Below are positions 32,251 to 41,417 of a stretch of 64,000 nt of DNA, piece by piece (within the stretch, counting starts at the first letter, position 1; every line of letters starts with the position of its first letter). The DNA is taken from NCBI GenBank assembly GCA_040830765.1, contig JBFOMH010000012.1:31370-95369 (forward strand), read 5' to 3'. The notes under the pieces are model-generated. The model had not been told where the DNA came from. It saw only the letters and a list, made by a program, of their open reading frames with translations, and did no database searches. A program made the translations under genes and the position numbers. Source of the DNA: Puniceicoccaceae bacterium (GTDB lineage: Bacteria; Verrucomicrobiota; Verrucomicrobiia; Opitutales; Oceanipulchritudinaceae).

Positions 32251-32985
32251 ATGCTAGCGAAATCAAAATTGCTCCTGCCAATATTAGTTACCTGCCTGGT
32301 GGGAAGTGTCTCCACCGCTCAAGTCACGATTATTGGCGGTTCAATTGGCAACGGTGACTTCGAGGACACCAGCCTCTCCGCCTCAACATCAGGAGTTCCC
32401 TATTCTTTGACTCCGGCTTGGGAAAATATCAATGAAGACACCGATCCGAACTTCCGGGTAACCCAAGGGTTGGCCGGTCATCCGGACAATGCGGTGCCGG
32501 GCACAAATGTTTTTGGTGCCTTCTTATTCCTGGACCGGCTTTCGGGAAACACCACCGGATACAGTCTGGTTGACGGTGACACCCTCTCATTGAGCTTCGA
32601 TGTCTCACGTCATGGCGGCAGCTGGGTGGGCGATGAGTTTGTCCAAGCTGTCCTGTACACGACTACAGCAACAGTCGACGCAAGCTATAACACGACGACC
32701 GATGTCAACTATTCCGAACTAGCGACCTTCAACTACACAATACTGGCAGATCCTTTCTGGCAGGTTGATGTTAGTAACGCTAACTTGTTCACGGCAGGAC
32801 CTGCAGATGCAGGGAAAACTGTCTATCTTGCCTTCACCCTCCAGGGTGGTGATGCCAGTTCTCCATTTCCAAGAATTGACAATGTCGAGCTGACTGCAAC
32901 CCCGGTTCCGGAGCCGGGTACATTTGTCATCCTCTCCGGCATTGCCGCGCTTGGTTTGGTGATGTATCGGCGACGCAAGGCCTAG
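32251..32985 (+). CDS. PEP-CTERM sorting domain protein
   Basis: Signal peptide; C-terminus VPEPGTFVILSGIAALGLVMYRRRKA. Confidence 0.92.
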   Translation: MLAKSKLLLPILVTCLVGSVSTAQVTIIGGSIGNGDFEDTSLSASTSGVPYSLTPAWENINEDTDPNFRVTQGLAGHPDNAVPGTNVFGAFLFLDRLSGNTTGYSLVDGDTLSLSFDVSRHGGSWVGDEFVQAVLYTTTATVDASYNTTTDVNYSELATFNYTILADPFWQVDVSNANLFTAGPADAGKTVYLAFTLQGGDASSPFPRIDNVELTATPVPEPGTFVILSGIAALGLVMYRRRKA

Positions 32986-33028
32986 TCTTTGGGATTATTG
33001 TTTAGAGTTATCGAATAATTCTGTTTCA

Positions 33029-33057
33029 CAATCCCCCGGGCAACCGGGGGATTTTTT
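33029..33057 (+). terminator. Rho-independent terminator, identical to 32074-32102
   Basis: CAATCCCCCGGGCAACCGGGGGATTTTTT. Confidence 0.9.
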
Positions 33058-33191
33058 ATGCCAAAATATCAAGGTGCACAGGCATTCCCGCCCACCTCGG
33101 AGGGAGACCACCCCCGGCTACCGCTACCAGGTCCCTTCCGGGCCGTTTTTTAACTCTGAATTAGTCCCTTAAGCGGGTTTGGCATAACCAA

Positions 33192-34751
33192 TCAAAATTG
33201 GAGTTGCGTTAGTTCGGCTTGAACCTCGAGCTCCCGGACGCCCTCCCCTGCCTTGATCCGGTCGAGCAAGTGCTTCAATGAAGCCGCGACTTCAGGATAA
33301 TCTGCGATGACGTTGCTTTGTTCGCCAGGATCCTCCTGCAGGTTGTAAAGCGTGTCGACTTTGGGATCGTGAGCTTGCACCCACTTTCCACTGTAGGCGG
33401 GAATGTACTTCCATGGACCAAGACGGATAGCAGGGCCCCGGCATTCCTCAATGAGCAATTCCGTTCCTTCAGGATCCTGACCGAGAAGAGCACCCAACAC
33501 GTTGCGGCTGTCCCTGGCCTCGGCAGCTTTGAGCTCAATGCCCAGCAGGTCGGCGAAGGATGCCGGGAAGTCGATTTGCGAAATTGTGGCAGCGGATGAT
33601 TGTCCCGGGGAAATCTTCCCCGGCCAGCGGATGATCAATGGAACCCGGGTCCCACCCTCGTAGATTTGGAACTTGCCGCCCCGCCATGGGCCGGAGGCAT
33701 CATAGGTACGGCGACCCACGTGTTCCCCCACGTTGCCGCTCTGTTGGTCTTTGTGATTCACCGGACCGTTGTCGCTGGTGAAGATGACAATAGTGTTTTC
33801 CTTCAACCCGAGACGCTCAATGACTCCAAGGATTTTACCGACGGACCAGTCCAGCTGCACCATGACATCCCCTCGCTTTCCGTAGTCAGACTGCTTTACA
33901 TGGCGCTCATTCGGCGTAAATGGGTAGTGAATGTCCTGGGAGGAAAAATAGAGGAAGAAGGGCTGCTCCCGGTGAGTCTCGATAAAGTCGGTGGCCCGCG
34001 CGACAAATTCCTCTGCCATGGTGTAATCATCCCAGAGGGCGGACTTGCCTCCTGAAGTGTAGCCAATTCGGCCCAGCCCGTTGACAATGCTCTGGTAGAA
34101 GACATTCGGGTCATTGGCCCGTGCGTCCGGATAGGCCGTGCTACCCGGTATGTTGACGGATGCGTAGGTGTTTCCGACGTGAATTGGATCTTCAGGATCT
34201 AGATTCACGACGCGATGTCCCTCGACATAGACACAAGGAACCCGGTCATTGGTATTGGGGAGAAGAAAGGCGTAATCGAAACCAACCTCCAGCGGTCCGG
34301 GTTTCAACTCGCCATTCCAGTCGATGCGCTGCTCCCGTTCACCAAACCCGAGGTGCCACTTCCCGACGATCCCGGTCGCGTATCCCGCCTTTTTGAAAAT
34401 TTGCGGGAGGGTAATGTAATGCGCCGGTACCGTGAGGTTTCCGTTCGGGGGAAGGACATTCACGTTGTGTCGGAAGGCATGCACGCCCGTCAGCATGGAA
34501 AAGCGGGAGGGTGTGCAGGTAGCCGCACTGCTATGGCCGTCCGTGAAATTAATTCCCTCTTCGGCCAGCCGGTCGATATTCGGGGTTGGCAATCCTGCCG
34601 GGCCGCCATTCGCGCCGATGTCCGCGTGGCCGACATCATCCCCGTAAATAATGACGACATTCGGTTGCTCTCTTGCCTGTGCGCCATGCAGGCTACCTGA
34701 CAAAAGCAAACAGGCACCTTGGAGAACCAATTGCCTCCAAAAGCTGCTCAT
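33192..34751 (-). CDS. Sulfatase (arylsulfatase-like, family S1)
   Basis: PNVVIIYGDDVG, CTPSR, GKWHLG, SDNG. Confidence 0.93.
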   Translation of the reverse strand: MSSFWRQLVLQGACLLLSGSLHGAQAREQPNVVIIYGDDVGHADIGANGGPAGLPTPNIDRLAEEGINFTDGHSSAATCTPSRFSMLTGVHAFRHNVNVLPPNGNLTVPAHYITLPQIFKKAGYATGIVGKWHLGFGEREQRIDWNGELKPGPLEVGFDYAFLLPNTNDRVPCVYVEGHRVVNLDPEDPIHVGNTYASVNIPGSTAYPDARANDPNVFYQSIVNGLGRIGYTSGGKSALWDDYTMAEEFVARATDFIETHREQPFFLYFSSQDIHYPFTPNERHVKQSDYGKRGDVMVQLDWSVGKILGVIERLGLKENTIVIFTSDNGPVNHKDQQSGNVGEHVGRRTYDASGPWRGGKFQIYEGGTRVPLIIRWPGKISPGQSSAATISQIDFPASFADLLGIELKAAEARDSRNVLGALLGQDPEGTELLIEECRGPAIRLGPWKYIPAYSGKWVQAHDPKVDTLYNLQEDPGEQSNVIADYPEVAASLKHLLDRIKAGEGVRELEVQAELTQLQF

Positions 34752-36628
34752 TATTCGATTACCCGGTTGACGCCCTCAATCACCAGTTCCTTTTGCTCCC
34801 CGTTGCTCCAGGTAATGATCGCGGAGTCAACAACCGAACACTCACCCAGCCCAAGGTGGAGATGAGTATCCACATTGTGCCCGAAGGCGCTTGAGGAGGA
34901 CCCGACAACGCGGCGGTAGACATTGCCTCCAGCCTTCAATTCAAGCACCGCCCCGTTGGCCGGCGCCTTGCCGGAGGGAGATGTGCCCACTCTGACGATC
35001 AGGTAATTGCCCTTTTCCGACTCCGGCAGGGAGTTGGTAAAGAGGTGCCAGCGTCCGCGCTCGTTGGAATAGATGAGATCCAGATCCCCGTCCTGATCAT
35101 AATCAAACGCTTCCGCCCCGCCACCGGTGGCCCCCAGCTCCGCTGAGTGGATGCCGTGATTTGTGGATTCCGTGAAGGTCTTGCCTCCCTGGTTGAGGAG
35201 GAGGATCTGTTTGGTTGTCTTCGATGGGTCCCCATGCCGGATGACAATGATATCCGTCCACCCGTCGTTATTGAAGTCCCCAACAGCAGCGCTCGAGGCC
35301 TGCTCGGGAATCGAAACGCCCAACTCTTCCGTCACATCGACAAAGACTCCATCCCGGTTCTCGAACAGTCTGGCCGGCATGTCCGCATTGCCGGTTACTT
35401 CCGGCTGAGATACCACATTGTGAACCACCCCGGTTGTCGGGGAATTGGTATGGCCACCGATGCGCCAGGCTTCTTCACCAACATAGCCGATGTAAAGTCC
35501 CTTGTCAGCGCGCTCCTCCGGCCAGCCTGCGGCCTCCGATGCCTTCAGGGAGAAGTCCTTGTGCCCGTGCTTGTCGACGTCGAACGTCAGCAGGCGCTTG
35601 TCTTCACCAAGAAATACATCGTGATGCGGATAGGCCGTCTGCAGGTTCTCCATCTTGAAATCACCCTCAATCTTCAGGTCCTCGTAAAGGAAGGGCTTGA
35701 ATCGGGTAAAGAAGGCGAAGCGCCCATGGCACTCATCGAAATAAGTCTTGGGATCGAACGGATAGTCCGCCCGGGTCAGGAAGAGATCAAAGTCCCCGTC
35801 GTTGTCAAAATCGATTTCCGATATACTTGAAACAAAGTCGGTGTGGCGCAACTCGCCGAGGACATCAACCGTCACATTGTCGAAGTCAAATCCCTCCCCA
35901 CCCCGGGCGAGTAACATGTTGTCCCCACCGTAGAATAGAATGTCGATAACACCATCCTGGTCATAGTCAGTGACCAATGCCCGGAAAGACATCCATGCGG
36001 TCTGGGGGAGGTTGCCAAGAAAAGTAAACTCCCCTTCCTCCGCACTGGCATACAGGTGGTTGGCGCCCTCGGTCTGTTCCTTGAGCGGAAAGGCTGTCAG
36101 GATGAGGTCAAGATCCCCGTCGTTGTTGATGTCGACCAGCTTGGTCGCCCGTCCGCGGGACTTCTCGAAGTAGGAATCGAAGTTGCCTTCCTCAATGGAC
36201 CGGTCCTTTCGGACATGATAGACAAACGGGGTGCTGGGCTTGTTTCCACCACCGCCTCCAGGGGAAATAATCAAGTCCATCCGCCCATCGCGGTCGAGAT
36301 CGGCAACGGATGTGCCATGGGTGTCACCCGTAACAATCTCCACCGGCTCAGAAAACGTTCCCTCATCGTTCCAGTACAAAAGGGCATGCAATCCGTGCTC
36401 CGTAATCAGGACATCCATCCAGCCGTCCTGATCCAAGTCAGCAATGAGCGGATTGTCCCACTTGCGCCGCGAGCGATCCTCGAAGTCAATGACATCATGG
36501 GATTCAACGAAAACCGTCGGTGCCTGAACAGTTTCCTGCCCTTCCTTTCCGGCACCACCGGGTAAAGCCTGACCGGTAATTAATAAACTGGCCATGATAG
36601 TTAGGGTAAGCGTCTTTCTCATGATCAA
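34751..36628 (-). CDS. CRTAC1/ASPIC-UnbV family protein with FG-GAP repeats
   Basis: Repeated D.D.DG..D(L/I) motifs; C-terminal HLHLGLG....VD...ITWSNG ASPIC/UnbV pattern. Confidence 0.85.
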   Translation of the reverse strand: MIMRKTLTLTIMASLLITGQALPGGAGKEGQETVQAPTVFVESHDVIDFEDRSRRKWDNPLIADLDQDGWMDVLITEHGLHALLYWNDEGTFSEPVEIVTGDTHGTSVADLDRDGRMDLIISPGGGGGNKPSTPFVYHVRKDRSIEEGNFDSYFEKSRGRATKLVDINNDGDLDLILTAFPLKEQTEGANHLYASAEEGEFTFLGNLPQTAWMSFRALVTDYDQDGVIDILFYGGDNMLLARGGEGFDFDNVTVDVLGELRHTDFVSSISEIDFDNDGDFDLFLTRADYPFDPKTYFDECHGRFAFFTRFKPFLYEDLKIEGDFKMENLQTAYPHHDVFLGEDKRLLTFDVDKHGHKDFSLKASEAAGWPEERADKGLYIGYVGEEAWRIGGHTNSPTTGVVHNVVSQPEVTGNADMPARLFENRDGVFVDVTEELGVSIPEQASSAAVGDFNNDGWTDIIVIRHGDPSKTTKQILLLNQGGKTFTESTNHGIHSAELGATGGGAEAFDYDQDGDLDLIYSNERGRWHLFTNSLPESEKGNYLIVRVGTSPSGKAPANGAVLELKAGGNVYRRVVGSSSSAFGHNVDTHLHLGLGECSVVDSAIITWSNGEQKELVIEGVNRVIE

Positions 36629-37501
36629 TTACTTGAGTTTAAGCGGTATCACCACCCGCTTCTCGACTGGTTGGCCCAGCTTCACAGCAGGAAGGAACAG
36701 CCAGTCCTCAATGGATTCAGAAAGGTGGGCTTGGAGGGCCTCTGGAACAGAGTCCTCGAAGGAGTAGTTACTTACCTGGCCGTCCGGTCCGATCACCAGT
36801 TTGACATTAACCGAGTAAGTCCCCTCGGTGGCCGGGAGCAGGTTATCCTCAGGCTTGGAAACCGGCGTATGGAAGGGTCGCAACGGACTGTCTCCTGCCC
36901 CTACATTGAACAGGTGCCGGTCCAGCTGAACAGCGAAGGCCTCCTCGACCGTGGCGTCTCGCAAATCGGTGCGATCAACGTTGTAGAGCTCCTTGCCAAG
37001 GTGATAAATGTGGAGCATCCAGTCATCTTCGGGAATCTTGGTGGAGCGGAAGTTCAGCCGGAGGACCTGTTCCTCACCCGTCAGGTTGAAGGCCGGGGAA
37101 TGATTATTGGCCATGAAGGTGTTTCCGTTTGGTGCCGTCAGGAGAAAACTGACAATGGCAAAGGCATCCTCCAGGGCATGGCTGGATTGCAGCTTTACTT
37201 CGAGTGTCAGGCCATTGTCACGGGATACGGTCTCTAAGGAGCTAATCTTAACGAACTGGTCGTTGACGGTTCTAGTCGGCGCGCATCGCATCCAGCCATT
37301 GGTGGAGATCCCAAGGCCCTCATCGGTCATGATCACTGGCTTGTAGCCATTGATGCCGACGGCCGGATGCCACTGGTCGTCACTCCCCTTCGAGGTCAAT
37401 TTCCATGAGGAGAATGATTTAAAGGCTCCATCAACAAGTTGCAGGGAGAGGGTTACAGCCAGAAGGCAAAGCAAGAGGGATTTACAGCGTGTAGTAAACA
37501 T
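36629..37501 (-). CDS. Protein with C-terminal TonB domain
   Basis: C-terminus V.VKLVIGPDGQV...W.FLPAVKLGQPV..RVVIPL; N-terminal hydrophobic signal/anchor. Confidence 0.7.
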   Translation of the reverse strand: MFTTRCKSLLLCLLAVTLSLQLVDGAFKSFSSWKLTSKGSDDQWHPAVGINGYKPVIMTDEGLGISTNGWMRCAPTRTVNDQFVKISSLETVSRDNGLTLEVKLQSSHALEDAFAIVSFLLTAPNGNTFMANNHSPAFNLTGEEQVLRLNFRSTKIPEDDWMLHIYHLGKELYNVDRTDLRDATVEEAFAVQLDRHLFNVGAGDSPLRPFHTPVSKPEDNLLPATEGTYSVNVKLVIGPDGQVSNYSFEDSVPEALQAHLSESIEDWLFLPAVKLGQPVEKRVVIPLKLK

Positions 37502-37539
37502 GTCGAATTCCGAGGTATGGAGTGGTATTTCAGTTGTTG

Positions 37540-37570
37540 AAATAGTCCCGGCCGCTTGAGCGACCGGGAC
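37540..37570 (-). terminator. Probable terminator hairpin after the EF-hand gene
   Basis: Minus strand GTCCCGGTCGC-TCAA-GCGGCCGGGAC followed by TATTT. Confidence 0.6.
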
Positions 37571-37592
37571 CGATGGAAGCGTTCAGGCCCAA

Positions 37593-38048
37593 CTAACCCT
37601 GGGATTTCTTCCAGTTATCCCAATAAACCTTTCTTTCCTTGCCAGTGACGATGCCGTCATTGTCCGTATCCATCTTGTCGAACAAGGCATCCGCGTTGGC
37701 TTGATTGAAGCGCCAGCCATTCTTTTTGGCTTTCTTCTTTTCCATGGCATAAAATTCTTCTCGATCGAAATCGGTTGGTCCCTTGGCCTTGGCGTTTTTC
37801 TGGGCAGCCCAATCGTCCCAGTACATCTTGCGCTCCTGACCGGTCAGGATGCCATCGCCATCGGCATCCATTTTATCAAACAATTTGTCGGCATTCTTCT
37901 GGCTGTACTTCCAACCACCTTTTTCGGCCTTGATCTTTTCCTTCTCATAGAACTCTTCCCGATCGAAGTCGGTCGGACCCTTTTCAGCTGCGCTGGCGAT
38001 CGCCGGGAAAAACAGACAGAAGGCTGCAAATAATACTAATAACTTCAT
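37593..38048 (-). CDS. Small secreted protein with two 66-aa EF-hand-containing repeats
   Basis: Signal peptide MKLLVLF; two KGPTDFDREEFY...LFDKMD.D.DGI.TG.ERK.YWD repeats. Confidence 0.8.
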   Translation of the reverse strand: MKLLVLFAAFCLFFPAIASAAEKGPTDFDREEFYEKEKIKAEKGGWKYSQKNADKLFDKMDADGDGILTGQERKMYWDDWAAQKNAKAKGPTDFDREEFYAMEKKKAKKNGWRFNQANADALFDKMDTDNDGIVTGKERKVYWDNWKKSQG

Positions 38049-38136
38049 AATTTTGAACTCCTTGATTACGTTTGTTGTGTAGTGGATGAGTGGATTCGTA
38101 TCCGGTCCCAATATACCGGATGCTCTCCTGTAAAGT

Positions 38137-39750
38137 TCAGCTGCCGGGCGGTTGGTTGCCCTCCCATCCGGTATTAAACTGACGGATCAAGTTCTGGACT
38201 AGTTGAGGATGATCGGAAGCCACGTTGATGGTCTCCAGTGGATCCGTCTCATGGTCGTATAATTCGACAAAAACCGGTTCGGCACACGGAGCCTCGATGT
38301 CCTTCCATAGGACAAGCCGGTAGCGGTCTGTCCGCATCGTGTAGCCCATGAGCCGGTTCTCAAAGAGGTCCCGGTCCCAGGCATCTCCCTGCTGGGCAAT
38401 GATGCGCTCCTCCACCTCATCAATCAAGGGACCAAAGAAGGTTTCCCGCATGCTCGGGGCCAAAGGCCGGGCGGCCCATTCCCGGAGAGCCGGATTGGGG
38501 AACTGGCTGAACGCGGCTTGTTCCCATGGCTGTGCGGGATTTTCAAGGAGTGGAACGAAGCTCGTTCCCTCGAGATGTTCCGGTTGCGGTAGACCTGCCA
38601 GTTCACAAAGGGTTGGATACATATCGACCAGCTCGACCAGAGCGTCCGTCTTGATACCACGTGCGCTATCCGCCATGTCCGGTGTCCAGATCATCATCGG
38701 AACCCGGGTGGCGATTTCGTAGTTGGTGGCCTTGCCCCAGATACCCATGTCACCGAGGTGCCAACCATGGTCACCCCACATTATAATGATAGTGTTCTCC
38801 CGCAGGCCCTCCTCTTCAAGGGCAGCCAACATTCGTCCAATCTGGGCATCGATGTAACTGGCGCAGGCAAGGTAGGCATGCATCAGCGTACGGGCCAATT
38901 CACCCTCGATGTTGCCGGTCTTCGGAATCCCGTCACGGACCCGCAGCTCAAAGGAAGCATGAAGGCCCATTTCGGCTCCATTTACCGGGCCCTTTGTCTG
39001 TTCAGCCATTGGAATCTGCTCCGGATCGTAATAATCCCAGTACTTCTTGGGGGCGATGAAATCGAGGTGCGGCTTGTAATAGCCAAGCCCGAGGAAGAAC
39101 GGCTTTCCGCTGGCTGCCATTTCCTTCATGGTGGCAATGGCCACGTCTGTGTTGTAACCGTCCCGATAAGCCTGGTCGGGCACATCGGCACACTCGTAGG
39201 CAGGACCCTGGACCAGTCCGGTCTGGCCAACGCCCACCCAGTACTTCGCCTCGAGGATTTCCTTGTTCCGTTTCAGGATAGCCCGGTTTTCCGGCAGGGC
39301 ATAGGGATTAAAGGGACGGGGAAGATCCACCTCGGCCGGTTCCCGGCTCCATGAGTACTCCACATCCGAGTGGGCAAGGTTGTGGTAAATCTTGCCCACC
39401 TGCACGGCTTCATAACCATTGGCAATGAAGTGCTGCGACAGCGTGACAATGTCCGGATTCTTTTCCCGGAACTTGGCTGAATTCTCGATAATCCCGATTG
39501 TGTCAGGGCGCGCTCCGGTCATCAGGCTGGCCCTCGAGGGGCCGCAGATGGCCTCCTGGCAATAAGCACGGTTAAACAGCAGGCCCTGACTGGCCAGTTG
39601 GTCGAGATTCGGCGTGACCGCAATCTCGGAACCATAGCACCCCAGTTCGGGACGCAAATCGTCAACGGCAATGAAAAGGATATTCGGCTGGGTCGATGCG
39701 GACGCACTGGCCGCCAAGGCGAGGAGGAGAAACTGTATGATATATTTCAT
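38137..39750 (-). CDS. Sulfatase (iduronate-2-sulfatase-like)
   Basis: PNILFIAVDDLRPELGCYG, CGPSR, YYKPHL, GDHGWHLG, LVELVDMYPTL. Confidence 0.93.
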   Translation of the reverse strand: MKYIIQFLLLALAASASASTQPNILFIAVDDLRPELGCYGSEIAVTPNLDQLASQGLLFNRAYCQEAICGPSRASLMTGARPDTIGIIENSAKFREKNPDIVTLSQHFIANGYEAVQVGKIYHNLAHSDVEYSWSREPAEVDLPRPFNPYALPENRAILKRNKEILEAKYWVGVGQTGLVQGPAYECADVPDQAYRDGYNTDVAIATMKEMAASGKPFFLGLGYYKPHLDFIAPKKYWDYYDPEQIPMAEQTKGPVNGAEMGLHASFELRVRDGIPKTGNIEGELARTLMHAYLACASYIDAQIGRMLAALEEEGLRENTIIIMWGDHGWHLGDMGIWGKATNYEIATRVPMMIWTPDMADSARGIKTDALVELVDMYPTLCELAGLPQPEHLEGTSFVPLLENPAQPWEQAAFSQFPNPALREWAARPLAPSMRETFFGPLIDEVEERIIAQQGDAWDRDLFENRLMGYTMRTDRYRLVLWKDIEAPCAEPVFVELYDHETDPLETINVASDHPQLVQNLIRQFNTGWEGNQPPGS

Positions 39751-39790
39751 TACTCAAAGGCCGCTGGACACAGCTGATAGCTCCTTGCCG

Positions 39791-41269
39791 TTAATCAATC
39801 TGGAAGGTTTCGTCAAAGCGCGGCATCTCCTTGTCATACCACTTGTCCCGTGCCGGGAGTTCGTGATGCCACTTGGGCTCGGTGTGCGTACGGCTCCATG
39901 CCTCCAGCTCTTTCGCGATGGACCTGACCAGTTCCGGATGTTTCTTACTCAAGTCCTTTGTCTCACCCAGGTCCTTGCTCATGTCGAAAAGCTTCCAGGG
40001 ACGATTGTAGACCCGGATAACCTTCCAGTTGTCCTGGCGAGCCCCAACATCGGTGTAGCCAAGCCGGTGCCGCATGACGTAGATGGTCTTTCCTTTACGG
40101 GCACTTTCACCAGCAGTGAAAGCATCCCACAAATCGACCCCGTCAAGCTCCTTGCCTTCAGGGATATCCGCCCCGGCGAGGCGGGCAAATGTGGGATAGA
40201 AATCCAGCGTCGAAACCGGATGGTCATAGGTCTGACCGGCAGCAACACCCTTGGGCCAGTGAAAGAACATGGGGGTGCGGAACCCGCCCTCCCAGGTATC
40301 CCCTTTGCCACCCCGCAGGGGCTGATTGGCACCGCCCTGGTCGAGACGGCCGCCATTGTCACTGAGGAAAATAATCAGGGTGTTGTCCAGTTTACCCACT
40401 TCGCCAAGAGCCTCCACGACCCGGCCAACGCCTTCATCAACAGAATGGACCATAGCCGCATAGACCCGCCGCTTTTCATCCTTAATGTGGGAATAGAGGG
40501 CAATGTCTTCCTCCTTGGCCTCCAGCGGCGTGTGGGGAGCATTATAAGCAAGGTAGAGGAAGAAGGGCTGGTCCTTGGTGGCGGCATCCTTGATAAAACG
40601 GACGGCCTCCCGGGACAGGGCATCGGTTATGTATTCAGTCTCATCCACCTCTTGACCATTGTGCTCCAGCGGCAGGAGGTAATCAAAAATATGCTTGTTA
40701 CCCGCTGCCACCTGGCGCTCGTAGGCAGCCTTGAATTGCTCGGGAAAGTAATTGTGTCCACCCCCGAGGAATCCGTAGAAGTCGTCGAATCCACGGTTGT
40801 TGGGGTGGTAGGGTGCTGTAATTCCCATGTGCCACTTGCCGACAATACCGGTGTAGTATCCAGCATCCTGAAGGACGGTGCTAAACAGCGGTTCATTGAC
40901 GGGAACACCAAGACGGTTGTACTCCTCAATCCCGTGTGAAAGATTTGGTAGGTTGAACGGAGCACCGAATTCGTGAGGGTAACGACCGGTCATCAATCCC
41001 ATCCGGCTCGGACCGCAAAACGGGTGGATATTATAGGCGGATGTCAGGACTGTCCCCTGCTCGGCCAGTTTATCCAGCTCCGGGGTACGGATATCAGGAG
41101 AGCCATTGAAGCTGACGTCGGCATAACCCAAGTCATCACAAAGAATCAGGATGATATTGGGCCGCTCGGCCTCGCCGGCGAATAGGCCGGTAGCGAGCAG
41201 TAATTGTACAAGCATACCCGGAAGAAAGAGTCGGAATCCGATCAGTGGTTTAGATTTGAAGGCTTCCAT
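39791..41269 (-). CDS. Sulfatase (family S1), paralog of the catalytic domain in 27914-30466
   Basis: PNIILILCDDLGYAD, HPFCGPSRMGLMTGRYPHEFG. Confidence 0.94.
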   Translation of the reverse strand: MEAFKSKPLIGFRLFLPGMLVQLLLATGLFAGEAERPNIILILCDDLGYADVSFNGSPDIRTPELDKLAEQGTVLTSAYNIHPFCGPSRMGLMTGRYPHEFGAPFNLPNLSHGIEEYNRLGVPVNEPLFSTVLQDAGYYTGIVGKWHMGITAPYHPNNRGFDDFYGFLGGGHNYFPEQFKAAYERQVAAGNKHIFDYLLPLEHNGQEVDETEYITDALSREAVRFIKDAATKDQPFFLYLAYNAPHTPLEAKEEDIALYSHIKDEKRRVYAAMVHSVDEGVGRVVEALGEVGKLDNTLIIFLSDNGGRLDQGGANQPLRGGKGDTWEGGFRTPMFFHWPKGVAAGQTYDHPVSTLDFYPTFARLAGADIPEGKELDGVDLWDAFTAGESARKGKTIYVMRHRLGYTDVGARQDNWKVIRVYNRPWKLFDMSKDLGETKDLSKKHPELVRSIAKELEAWSRTHTEPKWHHELPARDKWYDKEMPRFDETFQID

Positions 41270-41417
41270 AAGGGCGAAGGTCGTTAGTGGTGTTAGGTGG
41301 ATTCAGGGCAGGAAGGACATGCCGGTAAACTGACCGGCACATCCCCCCTTGTTAACCTGCCTCTTAACGAGACCCTAAATCCAAATTAATAAAGCGGTGT
41401 ATTGGTAGCAAATGCTC

